Positions 1 to 12,700 of a stretch of 64,000 bases of DNA are shown piece after piece. The notes beneath the pieces were generated by a model. It ran no database searches. It was not told where the DNA came from and saw only the letters and a program-made list of their open reading frames with translations. The DNA lies in the IMG/VR virus record IMGVR_UViG_3300019776_000550, positions 1-64,000 of that record; one strand, 5' to 3'. Both the position numbers and the translations under genes were made by a program. This DNA comes from a virus. Each line of letters begins with the position of its first letter. The first letter of the stretch is position 1.

Positions 1-2223
1 AATAATCCTCCTAAAATAACTAAAAAAGCATTAGGTGGTTATTTACCCAAACATGGTTTAGGAGCAGGTACTATTTTAAATTTAATTTCAGGTGCATCTA
101 CTGCTACTGCTGGATTAGTAGATAGTTTTAATGACCCTGATAATCCTAAACAAGGTTTAAGTGCAATTAGTGGAGCATTGCAGGGTAATGCTGCAATTCC
201 TGGAGTAGGACTTATTCTTGGTGCAGTTAGTGGACTTAAAAATGCTCAAAAACAAAAAGAACTTCTTGAAAAGAAGGAGATGATGAAAAATAATCAAACT
301 ATGGATTATTTCAAAGTTCGTAGCAAAGGTATTTTAGAAGACTATAATACACAAGGAAATCAAGGTTCTTTTTATGCTAAAGGTGGTAAAATTGCAAATC
401 CTCAATATGAAGTAGAACATGGTGAAGTTGTTATGGGAGATGATGTTCAACTTACTGGAGGTCAAAAATTAGCTTCTAATTTACATAAGGTAGTTGGTAA
501 AACACATGAGCAATATAATCCTAATACAGTAAATGGTACAGGAGAAGATGGCAGCGGAGGTGAATTTATATTTTCAAACAGATTGAAATTAGGAAATAAA
601 ACATTTGCACAACATGCAGAAACAATAGCTAAACAAAAAGCTAAATCTGAAAAAGCATCTAATCATAATGATTATATATTTAAGAATACTGCAAATGCTA
701 ATATTGAACTTGCTGATTCTAAATTGCAACAATTAGCTCAAATACAAGAAGCTATGAAAAAGCAATATGGAGTAACTAAATTTGCTTATGGAGGTAGTAT
801 TCCTAAATTTGGAAAAGGAGGTTTATCTGATTTAATGAAACAAGATAATATAATTAGAAATAGATTAGCTGTTATTGAAAAGAATCTTAAAGGTACTTTT
901 ACAGATAAAAATATACCTGAAGCATTAAAACGAGAAGCTAGAAATTTAAAACTACAATTATCAAATATACAAAGAAGCGTAGCTAGCAGAAGTCAAAACA
1001 TAAATCCAGCAGCTATCAATAATAAAAGTTTGAGTTTAAGAGGTTTAAATTTAAGTAACGGATTAAAAACCGTTGGAAAAGTACTTGGGGCAGGAGCGGG
1101 AAGTTTTGGTAGAGTTTTAAACCATCCTCTTGCATGGTTAGCATTAGGATTAAGTGGTGATACATCACCTACTCAAAAGAAACCTAATGAAAAACCAATT
1201 TCTTCAAAAGTATTAGCTAATTTACAAGCACAAGGTTTTACACCTGATAAAGTAAATGTAAATTCTAAAGTTAATCCTAATGAATTAACAGTTGCTCAAC
1301 GAAGAGCTTTAAGAAATCAAAATCTAGCAGCTTCAACTAATTCTAATGCACCTGTTAGAAATAATACAACAAGACCTGTTGGCAATACCAATCAACAGAC
1401 ACCTCAAGCTACTGAACCTATTGTAGATAATCGCATTAATTATGAAGCAAAACCACTTGCTATTAAACAATTTGATAACACACCTAATAAATTACCTGAT
1501 GTTTCAAATAGAGTAGATGCAGAAGCAGCTGCAAAAGCATTGTCTACAAAACCAGGTGTTGGTGGAGGTGATAAATCAAAGTTAGATTGGACTACAGCAG
1601 CTAGTGGACTTATGTCAGGTCTTAATTACATGACTAACAACAACATGATTAATAATTATAAAACTAATGTTCCAGTAAGTCTTATGCAAAATCCTAATTA
1701 TCAGTATTTTGATAGAAGTGGATTAGCAAGACATAGTGTAAGAGGACTTACTAATTCAGTAATGAATAATCCATTTATAAACCAAGCTGGTAAACAAATG
1801 GCATTTGCAAATAGTTTAAAGGCAACTAATGAAATTGAACAACAAGAAGCTAATAGAAAAATGGATTATGATAGACAGTATAGAGCGCAACTGTTAGATA
1901 CTGAAAATCGCAATTCAATGATTCTTAATAGAGCTAGAGAACAACAACTTGCAAATGAAAATACTAAACTAGGATTAAGACAAGAAAATCTTAATAATAT
2001 GTTTACAAACATTAATACTGCATTATCTGAAAATGCTGCTATGAAGAGCAATGAAAGAGCAATGCAATATCTTGGTGCTGCATATATAAATAGATTAGGA
2101 ATTACACCCGAAGAATTTGCTAAAGACCCACTAGGAATATTAACTGGTAAAAAAGAAAATGTTGATAAACAAAAAATGGGTGGATTTATTAAACTAAAAG
2201 GTTATAAAAATGCTTCCAAATAA
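1..2223 (+). CDS. Virion cargo/ejection protein (5'-truncated; frame is open from base 1)
   Basis: Frame 1 is open upstream of the track start at 178. Repeated K-x-x-x-GG-like motifs and EVExGE / FIFSNRL motifs. Lies upstream of the virion RNAP as in crAss-like cargo blocks. Confidence 0.6.
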   Translation, partial: NNPPKITKKALGGYLPKHGLGAGTILNLISGASTATAGLVDSFNDPDNPKQGLSAISGALQGNAAIPGVGLILGAVSGLKNAQKQKELLEKKEMMKNNQTMDYFKVRSKGILEDYNTQGNQGSFYAKGGKIANPQYEVEHGEVVMGDDVQLTGGQKLASNLHKVVGKTHEQYNPNTVNGTGEDGSGGEFIFSNRLKLGNKTFAQHAETIAKQKAKSEKASNHNDYIFKNTANANIELADSKLQQLAQIQEAMKKQYGVTKFAYGGSIPKFGKGGLSDLMKQDNIIRNRLAVIEKNLKGTFTDKNIPEALKREARNLKLQLSNIQRSVASRSQNINPAAINNKSLSLRGLNLSNGLKTVGKVLGAGAGSFGRVLNHPLAWLALGLSGDTSPTQKKPNEKPISSKVLANLQAQGFTPDKVNVNSKVNPNELTVAQRRALRNQNLAASTNSNAPVRNNTTRPVGNTNQQTPQATEPIVDNRINYEAKPLAIKQFDNTPNKLPDVSNRVDAEAAAKALSTKPGVGGGDKSKLDWTTAASGLMSGLNYMTNNNMINNYKTNVPVSLMQNPNYQYFDRSGLARHSVRGLTNSVMNNPFINQAGKQMAFANSLKATNEIEQQEANRKMDYDRQYRAQLLDTENRNSMILNRAREQQLANENTKLGLRQENLNNMFTNINTALSENAAMKSNERAMQYLGAAYINRLGITPEEFAKDPLGILTGKKENVDKQKMGGFIKLKGYKNASK

Positions 2224-3799
2224 GATAAACTTTTTCAATTACAAACCTATATCAGCACCTGAAAATCTTGATGCTTATAAATCAGCTATTGATAACGCTG
2301 TTAGTCAATATGATAAGAATGTAGAAGCGGCAGGTGTATTAGAAATAGCATTAAGTAAAATTAAAGCTTTACCTTCTGATGTTGAATATGTTAATGCTGT
2401 AAAACAAAAACTTCAAGATTCATTTAGTAATTTAGCTACTACAGTTCAAGGTAACAAAAGATGGGACTTAGCTAATGATACTCTTAATGAAATGAAGCTA
2501 ACAATTCTTAAAGACCAAAATTTACAAGGTATTCAAGATAGTTATAAGGGTTATCAAGATGAATTAGACCTTGAGCAGAAGTTAATGGCATCGGGTAAAA
2601 CACCTGTTAATTTAAATATAGTTGATTGGAAGAATCATCGCACTATTTCTCCTAATGGGGAATTGAATATTTATCGTAGCAAAGTTCAACCTAAAGCAGA
2701 TTACAATGCTGAAATGTTTGAAATTGCTAAAGTTCTTCAACCCGAAGTTATTGATTCTGCATTACAAGCGAGTGGTACAGAAGGATTCTTAATGTCTGTT
2801 AAAAAAGAACAGTTAACAGATGAAATGATTAATAATAAAATGCCTGAAATGTTTAGAACTTATGTTAATACAGATAGTTATAAACAAGAAAAAGTTCTTA
2901 AATTAAAAGAGTTAAATCAAAGAGGAATTACAGGACAAGAAGCTGAAAAACAAGCTGATTTAGAAATAGCAACTAATTTAAAAACTGTTGCTAAACTTAG
3001 AATGGTTAGTAGAGAGGATAAACAGTTTGTTCAAGACCCTAATTATACAAGAGAACAAAACTTACAAAACGAAATTATCAAAATCAAAGCTAAAGAAGAA
3101 GCAAAAAGAAAAGGTAATTTAGCTTATGAAGATGGTGTATTTCAACGAGGTGAAGGTTTCTCATTAGATGGTACTAACATTGATAGAGTAGTAAATATAA
3201 ACAGCAAGAAAATAGTAGATGGTTTAGCTGGTACTAATCTTGTTCCTGATAAATCTGAAGTTAAATTGCTTGATGGAACCGATTTAGATGATTATGATAT
3301 TGTTAAATTTATACCTAAGGGTCTGGTAACATCTAATGTATCAGGAAATGAAGATTTTGTAGGAGCTTTTGTTGGTGATTTACAAGTTAAAGATAGTAAT
3401 GGTAAAATAAAAACAGTAAGAGCTTATTCTAAAAATAGAAATAAAGATATTAAAGCTAGCTTTAATACATTATCAGCAGTTCACAAAGCTAGTATAAACT
3501 TACCCGAAGGCAGAGGACGAGTAGTAGATGATAGTTCTGGAGTTTTAGGTTCTCCTATATTTAAGATTGAAGTTGTAGGTAGAAAGAATGGAACTTTTGT
3601 AATTAAACCTGTTATATTTAATCCTCAAACAAGAGAAACATACTTACCTTCTAAATCAGATTTAGAATCATTTGGATTAAAACCTCAAATGACTTTAGAA
3701 GAATTAGAAAATAGAAGTCTTAATAAACTTGAACCTTTTGTTGAACAACTAAGTAAAAGTAATAAAAATTTAGTAGACGAATCATGGGAAAGCAACTAA
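2210..3799 (+). CDS. Putative virion cargo/ejection protein
   Basis: 529-aa helical ORF overlapping both neighbours, directly before the RNAP gene. Confidence 0.5.
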   Translation: MLPNKINFFNYKPISAPENLDAYKSAIDNAVSQYDKNVEAAGVLEIALSKIKALPSDVEYVNAVKQKLQDSFSNLATTVQGNKRWDLANDTLNEMKLTILKDQNLQGIQDSYKGYQDELDLEQKLMASGKTPVNLNIVDWKNHRTISPNGELNIYRSKVQPKADYNAEMFEIAKVLQPEVIDSALQASGTEGFLMSVKKEQLTDEMINNKMPEMFRTYVNTDSYKQEKVLKLKELNQRGITGQEAEKQADLEIATNLKTVAKLRMVSREDKQFVQDPNYTREQNLQNEIIKIKAKEEAKRKGNLAYEDGVFQRGEGFSLDGTNIDRVVNINSKKIVDGLAGTNLVPDKSEVKLLDGTDLDDYDIVKFIPKGLVTSNVSGNEDFVGAFVGDLQVKDSNGKIKTVRAYSKNRNKDIKASFNTLSAVHKASINLPEGRGRVVDDSSGVLGSPIFKIEVVGRKNGTFVIKPVIFNPQTRETYLPSKSDLESFGLKPQMTLEELENRSLNKLEPFVEQLSKSNKNLVDESWESN

Positions 3800-6700
3800 G
3801 CAAAGCTGCGCAAGACGCATTATCATATTATCAAAATCAAGAAGTAATTAATGCACCTAATACAGAATTAGATGGTAGTAAATACTTAAAAGGATTTAGC
3901 GAAACTAATCTAAACAGCATTAATGATTACAAAGCTAATAAACAAATTTGGTACGAAGGGTTAACTAACTCACTTGTAAAAAATACAGCTAAGGCTGGTA
4001 TCAGATTTGTTGATGGTTTTGGTGGAGTAGCTACAGCTTTAACGGATATTGTTACTAATAATAGTTTGTCATCTGCTATAGAAGGCGAGGATATGGCAGC
4101 TAAAAGAGAAGGTGTTACAGGAGTTCTTGAAACAATTTATGATAATCCTTTTTCTAAAAATATAACAAGACCTTTAGAAGCTTGGTTAGATGAACAATTA
4201 CCAGTTTATCAAACAGAAGCTCAACAACAATCATATAATCCTCTTAATTTAGGATTTCTTGATAAAGCACTTGATGGAGTGGCTTATATAGCAGGTATGG
4301 CAGGAGGAGCTAAATTTGCTACATTAGGAGCTAAAGGTTTAGGAAAAGCAGCTAAGTTTATTTCTGCTGCTGCTAGAGAAGGCAAAGATTTAAATTATGT
4401 TAAAACTCTTTTTGGTGAAAGTACTTCTTTGCTAGATGATTTAGCAAAAAGTAAAAATTCACCTGTTAAAGAATTAGCTACAAACTTATGGGATGATATG
4501 TTTGGAGCTATGGTTGAATCAGGAGCAGAAGCGGCTGAAACTAAGAAAACTATATTTGAAAATCTTAAAAATAAAGCTTTAGCTGAAAACAAAGGACTTC
4601 CGTTAACAAAAGAACAAGAAGCTGAGTTGGAAAAACAAGCTTCTGTAGGAGGTGCTGCTAACTTTTTAGTTAATATGGTTACTACAGGGATGGCTAATAA
4701 TGTTGTATTTAAGCCATTACTTAAAACCAAATGGTTAGATGATGTAATAGGCAATACTGCTATAAAGAATGAAATGATTAATCCTAATTTCATTGGTAAA
4801 AAAGGTACTGACTACATATTAGATAAAACAGTTAAAAATCAAAAGTTATACGAAAGACTATTTAAAAGTGATGTAACTAAAAATATACTTACAGAAGGTA
4901 CACAAGAAGGTGTTCAGTTTGCAAGTAATGATTATTTTGTAAATCTTTTATCAGAACCTTCTAAAGAATCTGTAGATGAATTAGGAGATTTGTATGCTGC
5001 TGTTACTAGAGGTGGTTTAGAAACCTTTATGAAAACTGCTCAAAATATGGGAAGTGTTGATGCAGTTCACTCAATGCTTATAGGTAGTTTATTAGGAGGA
5101 GGTTCATCAGCTTTGCAAAATATAGCTAACAGAAAAGATATTGATGCTAATACACAAGCTGCAATTGATTATGCTAATAGAAATAGTCTGAACAACAAAG
5201 ATGTTACAGAAGGTATTAAATATTTTGCAAAATCAAAAGAATATGCACAAGTAGCTGACGCTGCTGTTAGAAATGGAGATAGACTTACTTATGAAACTGC
5301 TAAGTATTTAGGATTTGCTAATTATATCAATGCAAGAGTTTCTATGAATAAATTTGACGATGTGGTCAGTGAGCTTAATGAGCTTAAATCTGTCCCATTA
5401 GACAAATTTAAGGAACAATTTGATATGACTTATGAAAAAGGATTTGATGAAAAGAAAAGAAATGAAATGATTGATTATGCTCTTGCTGTAGCTAATCAAA
5501 TCAAAACTAGTCAAACTAAAATTATGTCTAACTTTGGACATAAAATTAATGCACTTGAAGCAAAAAATCCTGATAACAAAAAACTATTACCATTTCTTAC
5601 TTCATTAGATATACTTAGAGAAAACTACACAACTAGAGAAAATGAGCTTATTGATAAGTTTAAAGCTAATGGTGTAGATTATACAGCTTTCCAAAAGAAA
5701 GAAGCTAGTGATGAACAAATTGCAGCTAAACAAGGTAATCTAGCAGAATTACAAAAGCAGCTTACTGATATTCAAGGTAATAAAGATTTAGACCCTAAAG
5801 ATAAATTAGCACAAATTAATGAAATTTCTAATAAAATTGTAAAAGCATCTGATGATTTACAAAGAACTGTAACAGAAGGTACTTATAAAGAATTATTTAG
5901 AAAAGAACTTACTGATGAATATAAGCCACAAGTAGATGATAAAACTCAAAGTTTTATTTATGAAACATATTCAAAAGATTTAAATGATTTTGTTGCTATT
6001 CAAACAGCTAAAGAAAAACTTATTGATTTTTATAGCCGAATTACAAAAGATGAATCTTATGCTGAAAAGGTAGTTAAAAAATTAACAGCTAGAAAAAATG
6101 ATACTGAAATCGCTAAAATGTTTACTGTATCAGGTAACTTAGTTAACAAACCTAAAGTAACTAAGAAAACTAATGATGATGGAAAAGAAGAAGAAATATC
6201 AGAAGACAATTATGTTTTTGAAGAAGGTCAAGCACAAGGGGATTTAGGTAGAGAAGAATATATCAAAACAGGTGACGTTTATCAACTAAACAGAAGTATT
6301 TATGGCTATAACAAAGGTTATAGTCAGGCATCTAATAAAGCTGCTGCAAAAAATAAAGGTGAAACTTATGAAATGTTTGAAGTTGTTGATACTAAAACAA
6401 CAGTTTTACCTGACGGAAGTTTAAAAGGAGAAGTTCAGGTATCTAACAATAAAGGTTACAAAGAATGGATTGATGTAAGAGACTTTAAAAAGATAATCAA
6501 ACCAATGGGACAGTCAGCAACTGCTCCTATTAAAATGAATAATCGTAGTGAAGAGTACAAGTTTTATCAAGAATATAATGATAGAGCTGTAAGATTTACT
6601 AGAGATGGAGTAACTTACATTGGTAAAATTGCATTACCTAGAGTTAGAACTACAAAAGATGGTAAATTAGTTGTAAAAGCAGGTACTTATGATATAATTT

Positions 6701-9700
6701 ACTTGGATAAAGATGGTAAGCAAAAGACTATTCAAGGTATTAGCTTTAATAATAATCTTAATCGTAGGTTGAACATTAAATCTATTGAAATACTAAGTAA
6801 AAATCTTAGCAATCTAATAGATTTAAAATTAAATGCTGAATTTTATATAAGCAATCTTCTTAAAACAATTAAAACAAAAGAAGAAAAAATTAACAATTAT
6901 AAACAAAAACTTAAAGCTTTAAATGCAAACGATGGTTCTGTAAAAAATATTGCAGATGATATTAAACAACTTTTAGCAACATCTATAGCAAATGAAATAA
7001 ATACGAGAGAATCAGATGTAGAGGTTTTAAAAGATAGTATTAAAAATTTAAAATTATTTGCAGATAAAGATGAAGCTTTTGATTTAGATAATCCTTTACC
7101 AAAAGTAATTCAAGAAGCTCTTGATACAGTACAAGCTTATCGTGATTCTAATGCTCAATTAAAAGAATCAGATAAGCAAAAACTTCTAAAAGAAAAACTC
7201 AAGCTTATAAATGAAGAAAGAAAAATTATTGCAGAAAAATTAGGTGAAATAAGTGAAGCAATAAAAGCGTCTTTACCTAAAGATGAACTCACACAAAACA
7301 TTTTAGATAAAAATGATAATCTTACAGATGCTTTATTAGAAATTATTGATAGTCAAGCTGAATCACCAAGTAAAGATGCTACATTTGTTGATTTGTATAA
7401 ACAACTTTTAACTAAAGAGATTGAATTAGCTGAAATCAGAAAAGAATTAGAAGATGATTTATATGATAAGATAGCACAAGAAACAGGTATTCTAAGTCCT
7501 AAAGCTATTAAATTAGGAGAATTAGATGCTATGATTAGTTTTTGGAATTATACTACTAACAAAGGTTATCGTTATAGTTCAGGTTATCCTAAATGGTATT
7601 CGAAGAACTTCCACGATGATGCTGATTTTGATGTAAGTGTATCTGAATCAGACAATGCGGATGAAAGTATAATTAAAACAAAAGCTCCTTCTGACCCTTC
7701 TAAGATTTCAGGAAAGTACGCTGATGAAAAAAGAAACTTTTTTAAATATTTTTATAGTGTACCTGTTGATAATGTTAATCCTATTAACTTAGAAGTAGAG
7801 GTAGATGGTGATACTATCTATCTTAAATTTGAGCATAATAAAATTCCAATGGTTACTACTTTACAGAGTTCTGTAAAAGATGGTAGTCCATTAGCTAAAT
7901 TTAGAGAATCACTTAAAGAAGCTTATGCTAAGAATCAAGCTGATGGAAAGAAAACTTTTATTACTCCTAATGGGAAGTTTTCAGCTTTTCAAAAAGGAAG
8001 TGTAAACAAACCTATTCAAGAAGTATTTAAAGGTATTGATTTTGATATAGAAGTTGCTGAAGGAAAGATAGGTGAAGAAGATGTAATTATGGAAGTAAAT
8101 AAGGTATTTTATAATGTTAAAAACGGAAGACCTTATGTTATAAATCGTAAATTAGGCATATTACAACCTGTAATTGTAGGAACTTTAGCAGAAGCTAAAA
8201 TTAAAGATAAAAAAGGTAATGTATTTACTCTTGCTGATACTATTTTCAATTATATAACTTATATTAAGTTATCAAAAGATAAAGTATCTGATAATGACTA
8301 TCAAAACCGAATTAAAAGTTTTTATATGCATTTGAATAGCTTTGTATTTACAGCTAATTCTAATTCTATTGGAACACAAGCTGATATGGTAAAAGGAGCT
8401 ATTGATATTATAGAAGCTGGAGGTGAGTGGTCATTGGTTTATTTAGATGCTGATGGTAATAAACAAAAGATTGATATATTTGATGAAGATGGTGTAAGCA
8501 AATTAGCAAAGGAACAAATTGAAAGACGATTAGTAAACCCTAAATTAGAAACTGAAAACTTTAAATATGATAATAAATTTAGTCCATTTGTTACATTTAT
8601 AGTTAATGAAAATGGACTTCCATTGCCTGTTAAATTAGACAAAGATGATTCTTATACTTACGCAACATTTTTAAAAGAATCAGCAGGTTTAAAAAGTAAT
8701 TTAGAAGTTCAAGATATTACAACTAATCCTACTTATTTTAAAGGAGGTTATTTTACTTTTGATGTTGACAGTAAACCTGTTGTAAATATAAATAATTTTA
8801 GTCCTAGAAGAATCATCAAGAAAGAATCTGCTCAAGAATCAGCAGCTGAAATACCTCCTGTTGTAAACACAAAGGCTAGTAGAAGAATCATCAAGAAAAA
8901 AGATGTAACAGATACAACATCAAGTTTTGATTTTGGTGCAACATCTGCTCAAGAATCAGCAGCTGAAGAAGCTGATGAAACATCTTCTGCTGAAGTACCT
9001 CCTGTTGTAAACACAATGGCTAGTAGATTTTCAGTAACAAAAAATAGATTTCAAAAAGAAGCTGATGATAAATCTGATGATTCAGATAATTTTTTCAATA
9101 AACAATCTCTTGAAATAGCAGGTACAGCTAGACTTAGAGATATGACAACTTCTGAATTAGAAGCTGCTAGAGATAAGTTTGAAAATAAATATGGTGTTAA
9201 TTTTGAATTAGTAAATGGGTTAATCAATGGTAGAGCTTGGGGTATGGTTACAAAAGCTGGTGAGGTATTTATATCAGATACAGCCCCATTAGGAACAGAT
9301 TATCATGAAGAGTTTCACCTAGTTAGTCAGCATATGTTAACTAAATCTGAATTAAATGATTTATATGCAGAAGCAAGAAACAGATACGGAAATCTAAATG
9401 ATTATGAATTAGAAGAACTTCTTGCAGAAGGATTTAGAATGTATGCACTTGGTTATAATGGCTTTGTTGGTAAAATAGCTTATTACTTTAATAAACTAAT
9501 AAATGGTATTAAATTATTATTGGGTATTAAAGGTACACCAATTGAGCAATTATATTCTGATATTTTGTATGGTAAGTATTATGCAAAACCTGTTTATGAA
9601 GGTACAGTTAGAAACAGTCAGGTTTTAAGCTATGATGAAAAGCAAGAAATTTCAAGTCATATTACTAAATTTGTATTACATACGATTAAAACAGCCGGTT

Positions 9701-12700
9701 TAGATAACGATAAAAAGCGATTTATAGAGTTTATTAACGATAGTTATTATCGTGAAAAAATGATAAATGAAGTTCTTAATCCTGAAGATTTTAATGATGA
9801 CCCTGACCTTAAACAACTTATCATTGATAATAACAGTAACGCAGTCGCATCTTATTTTGCTGTAGCGGTTCATACTTACATGGAACATTTGGAAAAAACA
9901 AATCCTTTTTTAGCTACTAAAGCATATAACACGTTTAAATACAGTGAAATATTATCATTTGCAAAAGCTTATTTCAACAACGTTCTTAAAACAAATATTG
10001 AAGAAGAAATTGATGAAGAAGAAGCTTCAACTACAAATGATATTAGAAAAAAAGGAGATGCTGAAACTGACTTCTTTACAAGTAGCTTAACTAAACTTCG
10101 TTTGTTAATTGTAAATGAAAGTGACGGTACAGAGTTTGGACATTTAAATCCTGCTACTTTTATGAGCATGATTTATAATCATATCAGAGATGCTAATGAG
10201 GATATATCTGATTACAATAGTTTTAAAAATAACTTAATAAGTTTATTAAGTAATAAAAATTTAGCAGATAGATACGGTAAAGAATACACAAATGGTTTAA
10301 GAAACATAATTCGATTATTAGATATGGATAAACCATTATCTGATAAAACTGATAAACATACTGTTAATTTACAGAATTTATTATTTGAAGTATTTTCTAA
10401 AGTAGAAAATGAATTTCAAGTATTAAAAGCTATATCAAGTGATGAAATAAAAAATAAATATAATACAGAAAATATAAATGATTTAAAAAAGACAATCCAA
10501 TCATTAGATTCTGAATTACTTTCTAAAATAGAAAATGAATTTGGAGTATCAAAAGCTATATCAAATGACAAAGGTATAATAAGAGCTTTTGTTAATCAAA
10601 CAATTGAAAAACAACATGATGCTATTCAAAAAAGAGTTAGAGATTCTATTATAAAAGAATTAGTTAATGGAAATTTAACATTAGATTCAAAAAAGAGAAG
10701 TTCAGCAGAAATAGCTCGTGTAGCTAATCAATTATTTGGCACAAATATTTATACAGAAAGTATGTTTTCATCTGCTGATTATGCATCTTCTAAGTTAGCT
10801 AATAGCATGTATCATACTATTAATCACATTTTAGATGGTAGAACTAGCGATAAACCTACAGTAAAAGAACGTGAACAACAAAAAGCTGAAAGAGCTGATA
10901 ATATTGCTAAAATATTAGATTATAATAAATCATCTATTGACAGAGTTGTGGCAACAATAGCTACAAGTGAAGGTTTAGATAAAGTATTTAATATTCGTAA
11001 TGCAGAAGGTTCTCCTCAATATAGTTTATCAAATTATTCTAGCGCACATAAAAGACTTGAAGATTACAAGAAGAAAGAAAACCCTTTAAAATCTGATTTA
11101 GAATTTACTAAATTAGTTTTAATGAATGGAGTTCAAACTAAGGGTAATGAAACAGAAGGTATTACAGCTAATAAACTTAATCAGCTTGATATTTTACTTT
11201 ATTATATTGAATCAGTTTTGAAAAACAAAGTTCTACCTTATGCTTTTAGTGGTGATAAATCAACATTATTAGGTATTAAAGCAAAAGGTTATGTTTTTGA
11301 AGATGATTATGATTTTACAAGAGTTTATAGTAAAATTCTTGATAAAGAAATAGCTTTCTTGCAAGCATTTGAAGGTAAAGAAGTTTTTCAAAAGATGAAG
11401 TTAGAACTTCCTACATTTGAAATTTTAAAACTTTCAAATTCTAAATTATACACTCAATTACTTAATGCTGTTAATAATAATACTTTAACCGATAATTTAA
11501 GAGAAGAAGCTATTAAAGCTTTGATTAAACATAATGAAATAAAAGGATATGAGTTAGCTGCTTACATTAAAGATAAAACAGGAGTTGAGTATGCAGAATC
11601 ACAGCTAGTTAAATTTTATAATATTTATACAACATCAATTGCTGAACAAACTAATGAGCTTACAGGCTCTCTTAATTTTTATAGTGATTTTGCTAAACGT
11701 GCTTATGCTTTATCATCTACTAAGATTAATCTTAGATTAGATGAAGAGTTTGTAAATTGGTACAATTCAAAATATAGCAAAGGTTTATATAAAATAAATG
11801 CAAATGAATTAAAATCAGTTGTAATTAATGATGTTGAAAGAAAAGCATTTGCAGCTGAATTAGGTGACTTTGATAATGCAGCTGATGCACAAGGTTACAT
11901 GCACTATCATTCTGCTAGATTTATGCTTGTGTCTAGTGGTAGATGGAATGAAAAACTTGATATGATTTTCAAAGATTTAGATAGATTAGAAGCTAAAACT
12001 CTTTTAACTGAATCAGATATAAGTCAGCATAATGATTTAATTGAAAAACTTAATGAACAAGTTAGTGTATTAAAACCTCAACATTTTGGTTTTCAAAATT
12101 ACAATGGTGTTGACGTACCTACTTTTTATAAGTTATCAGTATTACCACTTTCTAAAGTTATTACAACAGGTAGTAATTTAGATGTTGTTAGACAACTTAT
12201 GTTAAAAAGTGGTGTTGATTTAGTAATGTTTGAATCAGCTAATAAAGTTGGTAGAAGAATAGATAATGGTACTATATCAATGTATGATAAAAATGGTAAT
12301 TTTAATTTAGGAAGAGTTGTTAAATTAAATGTTAATTCTTATGATGGTAATATAAAACCTGATGAAAATACAGTATTTGTATTTGGAGCAAATCCTGAAT
12401 TTAGACATGGAGGAGGAGCAGCTAAAGTAGCCGTTGATAAATTTGGTATTCAAAACAAAGAATCTAAATCAAATAACGCTTATGGTTTAATTACTAAAGA
12501 CTTGATGGGTTATGGTAACTTTGATGAAAGCATTCTTGAAGTATCGGCTTTTGGAGGAGTTTACTATGAATCAGAAGGAGCAACTTTTTGGCCTGATTCT
12601 GTTGATTATAAAGGAGTGCGGTATCAAAAATTAGATGATGGAACTACTACTGTAGGAAAATTAGTTGAAGGTAAATATAGAAAAGGCAGTCAATTTGAAA

